Positions 35,626 through 45,955 of a stretch of 45,955 nt of DNA are shown one piece after another. This DNA comes from Spirogloea muscicola (lineage: Eukaryota). Position numbers and translations under genes: made by a program. The notes under the pieces are model-generated. The model was not told the origin of the DNA. It did no database searches and saw only the letters and a program-made list of their open reading frames with translations. Positions within the stretch are counted from its first letter, which is position 1. Each line of letters opens with the position of its first letter. The stretch is taken from contig WELB01000019.1 in NCBI GenBank assembly GCA_009602725.1, positions 32,117 to 78,071 of the forward strand, given 5' to 3'.

Positions 35626-38600
35626 CTGGCAGCAATGATGGAAGTGAGGATTTGACCAAAGCAATCAGCAATCATCAACTTGCACTGCTGCTATTCCGAA
35701 GCAAACTTTCAGCTCCCATCATGAGCCCAAGACTTTGCTCGATGATGGTTGTTTGTATGCATCTCATCAACAACCCAGACAATTGTACTTGGAGTTACAC
35801 ATAGCCAGCAGAGGCTTACTGGGTCATCAGGTGGTTCTTGGACCAATACGCCCACGCACTTGGCTTCTATCAGAGGGATGCAGGACTCAGCAAGGCCTTG
35901 CTTGTCAAGCAATGCGTAGTGCTTTCTCAGGCTAGGCCCAAGTGTTGCCTCTTCCTGAAGAGATCCTTCTGGTCCTTGCCATTTAGTTGCTTGCTCTTGC
36001 ACCATGAACGAGTCTTTGTTGAGAAGTTGAGCTGCTGTGGATGGATGCCAGCCCATATCCTGTAGTGCTTCCTCCACGCTCCCCAGCGATAGAGGCCTTG
36101 CAAAGTCCTGGCCATGTACTCCGCTAACTCTGCCCTCCTCCAGTACCGTCTTGCCAGTGTGCTTAAACGTGAACTACAGGACAAACGTGAGAGACAGCGT
36201 GAGAAATCAAGGACAGCCAGACATGCGAGCCTGCGCCTTGTCTTGGTCCGCGCAGTGGACTTACAGTTAGACCCTGCCAGTCTGGTGGAACAGTAGAGCT
36301 GGCCTCCTCCCAGAAGTCTGAGCTTTGTAATCTGACAAATATGGGAAGGAGGCAGACTGCATCCATTGCAGCATATCTGATCTGCACACCATGAACGAGG
36401 GCCTTAGGGAGCAACATACGATGACAATCAACACATCACAAAAGGTCCTGTGTCATCATCAGGTATGCCCTTCAGGGTGTGGGATCTGGGGTTTCTGTTT
36501 AGGGGTTGAAGGCTTAGGTTTAGGGTTTAAGATCAGAGATATGTGAGTTTAAAGGTCAGTCTCCTTGCTTGGTGCGCCAACAGACTATTGCAGGACAGCA
36601 AGATCAGGACCTGCTGCTCGGAGAGGGGTCGCTGCTCCCAGTCACTCATTCGCACCCGCTTGTCTAATGGTAGACCAAGGGTTCTCTGTCGCAATCAGCA
36701 CAAGGCTGCAAACTTGACATGTAGGTGTGGATACAGTACCAGAATCAGCAAGATGCAAGAGCAAGAGAAAGTGTCAAAGCGCTACAGATAGAGACTGTAC
36801 CGTTGCAAGCTGACTCAGTCCACCCTTCTGTCCCCTGCCAGCTAATGTGTGGAGGTCAAGGACAGGGGTGCACAGGTGGAAGCAGGTGAGCATGGGGTAG
36901 GATGCTGCCAATCTGGCCAAGTCATTGCGGACTCCATAGCCTGTAGACATCCAGCAGAGAAGGTTGCCCTGCCTTCAAATTCCATCCAAGGGTTGCTCTG
37001 AAACACTAAGACCAATGTCTGACTATTGTTCACCTTGGACTCATCATATTTCTGCAAAGTGCATGAACGACAAGGCGGCCTGGGGGGGAGACTTACCAAG
37101 TTTGAGAATGGTGGAATCCTGAAAGAGTGAATAGAGGCAGTCACCCAACAAGTCGGGCACCTCAGCTGCCAGACGTATGACATCGAAAACATACGCATAC
37201 TCGCTTGTGGCCAGCTGCAGGGTTGCAACCTGTAAATCACAATGCTACAGTGTAAGTTGAAGAATGCACTGCCTTCAATATCAACATATGATGCAGAAAG
37301 ACAATAAAGCGCACAAGCATACCTTGTTCTGGCCCTCTCCCTTTGTGTGATTGGCCTTCCACTCACAGTCTATGCCAACATTTGAAGCCAAGAGGAGTTG
37401 ATTCTTTGCAGCTTGAAGATCTCTGGCTGACTCCACCCAGATGACATGAGCCTCGGGGATAAGGCTCGAAATATGGAGGTATTGGTGGCTTTCTGTGGCT
37501 ATCTTCGCAGCAACTGTTGCAAGCAACAACAGGTCAGATACTTTTGACATAATTCAGACTATGACTGTAATTTTTAAAGCTATAATGCTCAATCTTTGAC
37601 TGCTAGTGCTTACGTGTCTTAGAACTGACAGGCAGGTAGGTGACGTCTCTCTGAAGAATTTATCATACCATCTTCAGGTAGTAGCTCATCCAAGTTATAT
37701 TGGACACAGAGCTCAGAGACTAAGTCTTTGTTGCCAGCATCCAGGGCCAGTGTGGCCTGCAAAAACAGCGAAGTGTGAGCAGCAGCCCAGCAAACCCCTG
37801 CACCAGCATGCAGCACAGATTCCCTCACAATGAGCTCACTGTTGAAATATGCACAGGACTAACAGTGAGGCGCCCACCAAGTAGTGGGCCAGGTCTGCAT
37901 TGCCGCGCACCAAGGACTCAGCAACGTCCCAAAGACCCTTGCCTACGAGCTTCTTGACAGAGCTGCAGGTCAGCATCGCGTGCAGAAATGTGTAGGTGAG
38001 CGCATTTGCTGCAGTCGATTGATCCCTTTGGCTTAGGAAATCAAGAGTTGAGCACCCTGACACTCGGCATTCGGTCAACCTCTGTCAAGCTGGACCAGCA
38101 AACACGAAGTTGACAGTCAAAAGTTCACCTTCTGCGATAAAGAGAGAAGGAGTCTGGAAACTGTTGCTGGAGATGGAAGCGCTCCACAAGTGTGTGGGCA
38201 ACCTTGAATTGGGCAGCAGCCATGCATTGCTCTACTAGCGACATTTGAGCCGCTGCCCCAAGTTGCTCAGCCCAGGCGGCTGCGACCTCGGCTCTGCCTT
38301 CTTCCACCATCTTGGCCAGAATTTTGGTTGATGCCGGCTCCGGTATACCCAATTGCCGCATCAGATCGACTGCACTTGTGTACTCCCTCCCCACCTGTGG
38401 CGAAGCTTTCCGGTCTGTAAGGTCCTCAGCTTGCGGCTGTTGAAAACCCAAGCAAGCTAGAGGAGCAAGCTAGACCAAACCCTGTCACTGAGCCGCTGAA
38501 CAGACATTGCTGCACCTGCCACTTCTACCAGCTTCACTGTGACTTGTCGCGCAACAAGAGTAGTGCTTTTGCTTGCGAGCCTGGCCAAGCTGGCGACAGA

Positions 38601-39304
38601 ACGCACCGTCAGCCTGGCCACCAAGTCCTCCATGCCCCCTCGCTGCTGAGCAGGGACGTCGGCGATCGTCACGCCGAACGTGGTGACCAGCCGCACCATC
38701 AACCTGGCATTGAGCTGCATATCGCCGGTGGCGAAGGCGTGAAGCAGCGCAGCGGCCATTGCCCGGGCCTCGGCAGAGTCCGCCTCCCTCCGGTGCGACT
38801 TGTCGACGCGGGAGAGCGCCGAGAGCACCAGGTAGCTCAGGCCCTCCGCAAACGGCGGCTCCAGAGCCTGGACGGCGCGCAGGCACCGCAGGGCGAAGGT
38901 GGCTGGAGCCAATGGCAGCGCCGTTGGGAGCAGGAAGCTCAGATGGTCGCGCAGAGCGTTGAATCGCGCGCCCGCGCCGCCGTGGCCTGCGTGCACGATC
39001 AGTCGTATATTGCCGCCTCAGCGATTACTGAGGACTGGCGCCACTGGGAGCCCCCTCTACTGGCCAGCGGCATTGATATCTGACCACATCTGTCCGCCCG
39101 CTTGCTCGCTGAGCCTGAGCTTATCAGTGGCGCCAGCTCAAGCAACAGATGGTGCGCTGGCTGGTCGGTTGCCGCACCTTCGACATAGGCGCGCTGGAGG
39201 TCCTTAGCGACGGCCTCCGGCGACGCGCCGGCCAACGTGGTGGCGAGCCACAAGCCGTGGCGCTCAACGCCGCCGGCGGCGGTGCCGTCGCTGCGGGAGG
39301 TCAT
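35409..39304 (-). CDS. Plant-type Mut-7/EXD3-like DEDDy 3'-5' exonuclease, apparently extended into a dsRBD; exons ~39304-39178, 38986-38607, 38394-38129, 37962-37878, 37756-37669, 37513-37323, 37229-37097, 36940-36801, 36685-36611, 36381-36265, 36173-35820, 35625-35409; true 3' end unresolved
   Basis: ExoI VGIDCEWK, VATLQLAT, LKLGYGVRND (ExoII), and LDKRVRMSDWEQRPLSEQQIRYAAMDA (ExoIII). The helical N-terminus (PATFALRCL, FAEGLSYLVLSAL, SSVKKLVGKGLWDVAE) recalls the land-plant 3'-5' exonuclease family of At5g24340 (recalled similarity, not searched). GT-AG introns have matching phases. Confidence 0.85.
36497..36531 (+). repeat. Degenerate TTTAGGG-like repeats inside an exonuclease intron
   Basis: GTTTAGGGGTTGAAGGCTTAGGTTTAGGGTTTAAG. 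Confidence 0.45.
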
Positions 39305-39627
39305 GCCCGCTTGCGGCGCTGCTTGCCTTCGCGGCGGCGGCCGCCGAATCGGACAGCCAGCCGGGAGCCTCGGTGGTGCGCAGGGACTGAGAGGAAGAAT
39401 GTTGGCGCAAGGCGCTAAAGCTAAGGCCAGCAACTGGTGGTGGTGCCAGGTTGGGATTGCCACGGAAACAAGGCGACGGTGACTGACAAACAAGCGAATG
39501 CGGCTGCTGATGTTAGAGGAAGCGGCTGTGAAAGCCAGCCAGATGCATACAGGTGTTCATGACGGAGCCACAGGCTAGACAAAGGGTAGGGGGCGGGGGC
39601 TGTGCATGGCCAGCCCAGAAAGTGTGC

Positions 39628-39725
39628 GCTCCCAGGCACTCGAGACACGCCACCGTGCTGGGCGCGCACTAGGCCAGGCTAATGGCTTACGGTGGTGCTC
39701 TGGCTCCTCAGCTTGGCTTGTCGGG
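39628..39725 (+). mobile_element. Short decayed subfamily B LINE coding remnant upstream of the exonuclease gene
   Basis: RSQALETRHRAGRALGQANGLR aligns with RSQALAIHQRAGRALAHANGSR at 18.5 kb. Confidence 0.6.
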
Positions 39726-42319
39726 CTTGAATGTTTTCAATCTTGGGTACTAGAGTCTCTTAGTCAGCCTAATGGGCTTGCCTTTGTACTTGGCCACACA
39801 GGCCCTCCATCACTTGATACACACTGCTTTCTCCTTAGTCAGCTGTTGCCCTGTTACCAGGACTTTCGTAGTTATCTCAGATTGACCTCCCTTCCATGCC
39901 ATGCGCACCACGCGCCTTTCTCCTTCACACATTATTATGTGACGTACAAGAGATCCCAGGCTGACAGGGTGCTCCTTACTTTTTTCCTTACAGTGCAGCA
40001 CCCCTGTTCTCGGTGTTCTGATCATCGACCATTGCATTGACCTCTAATTGCTATCTACTGGTTCATGGTTAGTCCGACCAGGGCCAAAGGGCGCAAAAAG
40101 TGGGGCTACACAATGAAATGGCCTAGCCTATTGAGGGCAAGAGCATAGCTGAAGGGCGACATCAGTAGCCACAAGTGAGACATGCAATCTTGGGAGTTGG
40201 AGCACCGCCGAGGAAGCCAGTGGCGTGGAAGGCCAACCCAAAGAAGCATGGACAAGGATCGATGGGCCTCGATGGGCCGGGGAAGTGCTAAATCAAGAAG
40301 AACCATGTAACCAAAATTCTTTTCATGTAATCAAAATTCTTTTCATTGCATGCGGTGCGAATGCAATGAAAGGTAGGCCAAGCCGAGCCAACCACTGTCA
40401 ATTTAGAGAAGGGCTAGAGTAGGGCAAGAGCCGGGTCACTCTAAGTGAGGCCCTAGGTCAAGAGTGGCTATGCGGAACATAGCTGGAGGGAGAATCAAGT
40501 ACCCTCAAGTGAGCACATACTTCCGGCGGGCTAAATTTGGGAGGAGGCGTACCACCACAAGAGCTACTGACCTGGCTTAGTGCGGGCCCAGAAGAGGAGT
40601 CGACGGAGGCGATAGCTGTTGAGGGCCAGCCGAAAGGTTTCGACAAGGTCAAAGGGGCCAGAATATGCAAATCTAGCAGTTGAGCAGAGAATTTGAGCTT
40701 TCCATGCACCAACTTTGGACCTAGCTATTGAGTGCTGTGTGCCTGCCCCTTGACACATTCGGATGCATGGCTAAGACACTGGAGTACTGTCTGCGCCTGG
40801 TCAGGGAGCTGAGGAACTTGTGCTACTGACGTGCTCAGTACATCACATGTGGTGGATTGGAAATTCACAGTGGAAAGAAGCTAAATCACAGTGTTCGAAC
40901 TACTTGACAGAGACGCACTTGCTCCGCTCGTGAAGACGTTGGGCACAGACAACCTAATCACTATCTGTCTAAGACAGTGATTGACCATATGACTCCAAAC
41001 ATCTCAATCAGAAGAGCTCCGATATACAGCACCCACGCCCTCGTAACTGACTGATGTAGCCTCCAAAGAGTGTACAAGATGTGTTGGATACAACCCATGT
41101 AGGCGGTTGCATGTAGTCAGTCACACGCAATCAGAACTTGGCTCGGCCATTGTGAACAGCCTGAGGAGCTCTCAAAGCACCCATGCATGGCGCTCGCTGG
41201 CAGGGGCACATCAGCCTTGCTTGTGGCCTCTGAAGACCAAGGCACTTGGCGACAGCAGACGAAATTTACGCATTGCAATATGGCAGACTGAATCTTCAAC
41301 AAGCAGCAAAACGGTATACATTGTATGTAGACGCTTGATGGACCCCAATGCTGATGAAAGCTCCATGCTCTACATTTCAACAGGCAGTAACTTCCTCATG
41401 CTGATGTATGCGCCACTGAAGCCCCTATCATGAACATCTGTTAGAAGAATCTGCTAAATCTACCATAAGATTATGCATCACTATGTTCCCCGCAGTAGAA
41501 CACATTACCTATACCTATGAACAATCTTGAAGAATCTTCAGAAATACATATCCATCAGTGTCAGGTCAATTCAACAGCCATCTTACAGCAGAAACTGTGC
41601 TCGTAATGTCCATTCCATGGTGACTGAAGGAAGCATTATAAGCTAGCCAAAGTGCAAATGCGTTGGATGTCAGGTCATGCCTAGCAAGTCTATGGATTGT
41701 CCCTAGGAATTGGTTGCTCAAAAGTTACAGTACTCTCCTGGGGAAGGCCAGTGGACATGGCAGATCAAGATGTCAAGAGAGTCAGCTTCCCACCAAGTCG
41801 AATCTCGTGTAGGTAAACCCATGCTAAGACTGGCCTTGAAACAATCTGTAGAGAAGGCATCTCCACCGTCATTGAGGCCCATAAATAGCAGAAAGTGCTC
41901 TGTCAGGCTTGCGACGCCCAGTTATGCCCAGCTGGCCAAGCATCCCACCTATAATGTCGCTCGCCAAGGAGCTCCACACTGACGTTCACAGCTAGCCGAG
42001 CCGCCAGAGACAAGCGAAGCTTGTGAACTCCAGTGCACGCACGTTACTGGCGGTCACGAGAGGTCAGACGAGGGCGGAGGCTTGGGCGTGCGCCGGGGTC
42101 GGCTGGGGTTGTGGCGCGTCTGGACGGCAAGCCGGATTGGGCGAGTTCAGCTGGTCGCAGGACGGGCGGCCTAGCGAGAAGGCGGCTCCCTCACCCACGC
42201 CCTGCGCAGCGCAACCGCGGCTATGGCTATCCGGCCTTGAAGACGGCCTTGAAGACATGTCAACTCGGGGCGCAGCCGGAAGACAGAACAACAGCACTAA
42301 ACAATTAAGGCGATGGCTG

Positions 42320-42930
42320 GAAGAGGCCAGCCCAAAGAGAATACACAAGGGCCGGAAGCGGGCGAGAGAGAGAAAAGGCTCTCCCAGCGAGCAAGAGAGG
42401 GCGCGCGGGGCGCATGACAAGTGAGGGAGGCCAGAAAGACGCTTCCATCAGAGGGCTGTGACTGGCCAGCCCAGAAAAGAGAGAGAAGGCGCGCGGGGCG
42501 CATGAATTGAAAGGGAGGCCAATTCAAGCCAATACATTGTTCAGGCAGAGTCGAGTGCAGACTAAACAATGCTACATAATACGGAGACCTAATCTAAGAA
42601 AAGAGAACGAGAAGGCAAGAGCAAGCCATTGCAATATTTGTTAAAGAAGGCACGCGGTGCGCATGAGATGAAAGGGTGGCCAATTTAAGCCATGGGCCCC
42701 GTTCAGGCGAACACTAGTGCAGAAAGTGGGCTACATAAGACGAAGCCCAATGCTGAGGTGGCTAAGTTAAGAGGACGGAGATGAGAAAGGCTCGCGGTGC
42801 GCATGAAAGAGAAGTGCATGAAACAAAGGGTGGCCAGTTCAGGCCCATACAGCGTTCAGGCAAAAGATAGTGCAGAACGTGGGGATGGATGAAATGAAGC
42901 GCTAGCTAAGGTGGCTAAGGTGCCAGTGTG
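42320..42930 (-). repeat. Head-to-tail stack of B-type LINE 3' modules
   Basis: At least four AAGGC(G/A/T)CGCGG(G/T)GCGCATGA...GG(A/T)GGCCA-type units. Confidence 0.75.
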
Positions 42931-43228
42931 ACGTTAGCATCCACGGGTGAGCATAAGCAGCAGGAGAAAGCAAGAAATTATGCCGCCAAATCCTCGAGAC
43001 AGCGGTCAACCGACCGATCCCCCGCGTCCACCGCTGCCACTCAATCGGATCGGAGACGGCAGGCGCTCCCCGACGACCACTCCAATCGCCGATCGGCTTT
43101 TTGATCAGCTTGAGCGGGCGGCCGATGCGGCCCGTCCCGCTTAAGTGGTGCCCACCGCCCTCCGAGACGCGCGGAGCGGCCGCGGCGGCCTCATTGGGCG
43201 GCGGGCCCCCACTGCTTCCCCCCACTGT

Positions 43229-43606
43229 CGCGGCGGGCTGTGTCCCGCAGACGCGGCGAGCCAGCCGACTTCAACGCCGCGGGCTCGTGGGCTCAGGTAT
43301 ATCGGATGCGCCTCTCTGTATCCCTGCAGCGGTCCATGGCCCACGCTCTGCATCTGCGAGCTGGCCGTGCTCTCGCTGCGGGCTCTGGCTTTCGTCAGGG
43401 TGATAGCTTCCCGGGAGCTAGTCTGTCGGATCTGAGGCTCCTCACTCGTACTTATTGAGTGATCCATCCTCCCCCTGTTTTACCATTGCATCCTCAGGCC
43501 CCTTTGTAGCTGCTCACCGCTCTTAGGCCCCTCTGAACCTTTGTAAATTCTATTTGGGCTGGCTTTTCGCAGCCCTTGCCCCCATTGGGAGTGCCACTTC
43601 TCTCTT
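43229..43606 (+). mobile_element. 5'-truncated CRE-like LINE 3' end (subfamily A)
   Basis: RRAVSRRRGEPADFNAAGSWAQVYRMRLSVSLQRSMAHAL...LLTRTY* plus a 3' UTR ending GTGCCACTTCTCTC. Confidence 0.85.
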
Positions 43607-44677
43607 GTCTCGATGCCTCCCTTGGAAATCTTTCCTCCGTGGCAAGCTCCATTGCTGGCCCCACAATTTGGCTCGGCGGGCCCACACGGCGTGCCCCACC
43701 TCGGGACGTTGGCCGCTACGCCGCCAATGGCAGGACACGGAGATTGGGGCCCCGCCTTACCCTCTCGCGGAGCCGCTCTCGCTCGCCTCCAAATTTCGAG
43801 CAATAAGGTACGGAGTTGGCATGGCCACTCTGGGTCCCGGCGTAGCCACCCAAAGCCGCAGGCGTCGGGCTGGCGGTCTAGAATAATCGCCTGCGCCGGT
43901 GCGCAGGTAGGAAGGTCACGCAGACGACTGCCAGCTCACCTGCCCCTGGCTCGTGTGAGCCTTAGCTCGTGTGAGGCTTGATGGCGTATAGGAGGCTCAT
44001 GAGATCATGCGCATGGCGATGTGATGACTACAACGTCTGTCTTCGTCGTGCACTCAAACGCCGAGTATAACGTTCTTTTAAATGCGACTGGCAGCCGCAT
44101 GATCAATCCTGAGGGGGCCCCCTCGATGCTAATGCTGCTTTCGCTCTGCTTTGTGCCCCCTTGCCAGCCAGTCGCTCACAAATGCTCGTGATCTGTGGCA
44201 CCCCGAGTCCGAGCCCTTTCAGACGCTGAGCTGTACAGCGCCAGCGCCCAACGTAGATCATCGTGTGAGCATGACCCTGCTGTGCATGTGATGCAAATCA
44301 ACAAAGACAAAAGTTGGTAGTAGTAGCTTGTGGACGAAATCTAGCACGGATATATCACAATATATGATGGTGGATGAGCATGTAGCCAGGAGTGCCAAGC
44401 CATGGTGCACTTGCACATGACCACTTGGCCTGGCTGTCCAGTAACTTTCACTATGGTGTCTGAGGATGAGCTTCAACTCCCAATCATGCTAGACGAGCAG
44501 GTGCAGGGACTGAAGTTGAAAGAATCTGTATGCAAGTCTGCATGCTATGCGTGCAGGTATAGTTCTATTTGGCTCATAGTCGCTCGCATGGAATAGACCA
44601 TGGAAAGTCTGACAGAGTCAGAAAATGCCTTCAATCCCTTCCAGTCCTCGCTCGCACATTGGTTATTGAGACTGACT

Positions 44678-45955
44678 TCAAAGGTGCAGGTCAAGATCAA
44701 CCTGTGTGCTCGGGGTGCCAGTGGCTTTCCTGGCAGGCATAGCACAACCTGCCACTACTGGCTTGGAGGCCTGGGCACAATGAGCTGCTCCCGGCTGATC
44801 ACAAGGCTGTGAAGACACCGTGCAATCCTGGCGGGAGTCCATCTGCTCTCCTTCCTCAGCCGGACCCTCGGAAGTGCAAGAGGCGGCATCCTCCTCCTGG
44901 CTGGTGTCTCCTTGCACACCTTTTTGCTCCTTGTGCAAAGGCCCCTCGATGTTGTCGTACGCCGCCTCTTCTAAGGAGACCTTCCTGTCCAGCGGTCGGT
45001 AGACCTCAGACTGTCTCTGCATCTGCTTGAAAGCTTCCCACCAAGGGGGTCGCTGACTTTTTGCAGCTCCCAGGTCGTGGCCGTTGGCAGCTGGGGCTTC
45101 TGACTGCTGCCGTGGATCTGGTGACACTGCAACTGGCAGCCGCTCCACTTGGCCTGACCTCTTCCTCTTGCCCATGCTCAGTCGATCTAGTGCAGCCGAC
45201 GAGGGCGTGATCGCCGGCGAGCAAGGCCAAGCGGGGACTGCTTCCTCATGATTGAGACTATGAGGCGGCAGCTCCGTGGCGCTCTCTCTGCCAGATAAGC
45301 TGCCAATCACGGAAGCGGCAAGGCAGTGAGCGCTGTGGTGCCATCATCAGTCATCCTATCAGAGAGACCGTGCTTTACCAAGAATGCAAGACATCATACA
45401 TCTTCAGGCAGTGGGTCTCATGCGTGTGTGCTGGTCATGATGCTCACCATGGCAAGGTGCTGGGCATAGTCCAGTTGACGAGCTTCTGCAGAGACTGTTG
45501 CAGGCCGAAGTTCTCCGGAGGCGTGCATTGCGAGAGCCCGGTGTGCGCAACGGGCTCATTGCCCGGGGCCACTCGCGGACGCTGCAGCAGACAGGCGGCA
45601 GGTGTGGCGTTGGAAGGGCACCCCGGCCTGGCTTGCTCGAGCTGGTCGGCCGCCAAGAGGGGCGCCAGCCGCCGCTGCCTTTCCGCCGTGTCGGTGACGG
45701 GTAGCCACCACGAGCGGCCTTGGTCGGCCTCGTTAGGGCCTGCCTCCAGGATCTGGTTGAGCTTGGCGACGGCGGCAAGCAGCGCCGGCGACCTCGTGGC
45801 CGTCAGGACGGCCGGGCTGGGCCCACAGCCGCTCCCCCCGGGGTCCCTGATCGACCAGCGAGGCCTCGTGGAGGGGGGCACGCTGGCGGGGAGGCCCGCG
45901 GCGGCGGCGGGCGGAGGCCATGCCGGCTGCGCAGCCTGGGCCGCCCGCGGGCTCA
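44678..45955 (-). CDS. Unknown protein, 5'-partial; exons >45955-45448 and 45299-44678; C-terminal EAR-like VDLDLHL
   Basis: The frame is open to the window edge, and a phase-2 GTGAGC...TTGGCAG intron joins ORF 45444-45881 to ORF 44678-45310. Motifs are shared with 25123-26124. Confidence 0.6.

Overview
Eukaryotic, GC-rich, intron-containing DNA. It is most consistent with a green alga, and the protein families suggest a streptophyte alga, but that is inference. Spliced host genes that I could reconstruct by hand: a DnaJ-ferredoxin J-protein (5'-partial, +, 1-2342); a cytosolic HSP70 ending in EEVD (-, 4474-7268); a plant-type Mut-7/EXD3-like DEDDy 3'-5' exonuclease that appears to splice in-frame into a dsRNA-binding domain (-, ~35.4-39.3 kb); and two apparent paralogues of unknown family, both ending in an EAR-type DLDLHL* motif (-, 25.1-26.1 kb and 44.7 kb to the window end). 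About 8-31 kb and 39.5-43.6 kb are dense mosaics of 5'-truncated 3' ends of CRE-like (restriction-like endonuclease) non-LTR retrotransposons from many diverged subfamilies. Decayed Ty3/gypsy fragments and possible L1-type RT fragments are also present. The most striking sequence-level signal is that the diverged subfamilies carry a hairpin spanning the ORF stop codon, built from different bases in each subfamily, plus shared structured 3'-terminal modules. All exon boundaries and repeat limits were read by eye and are approximate.
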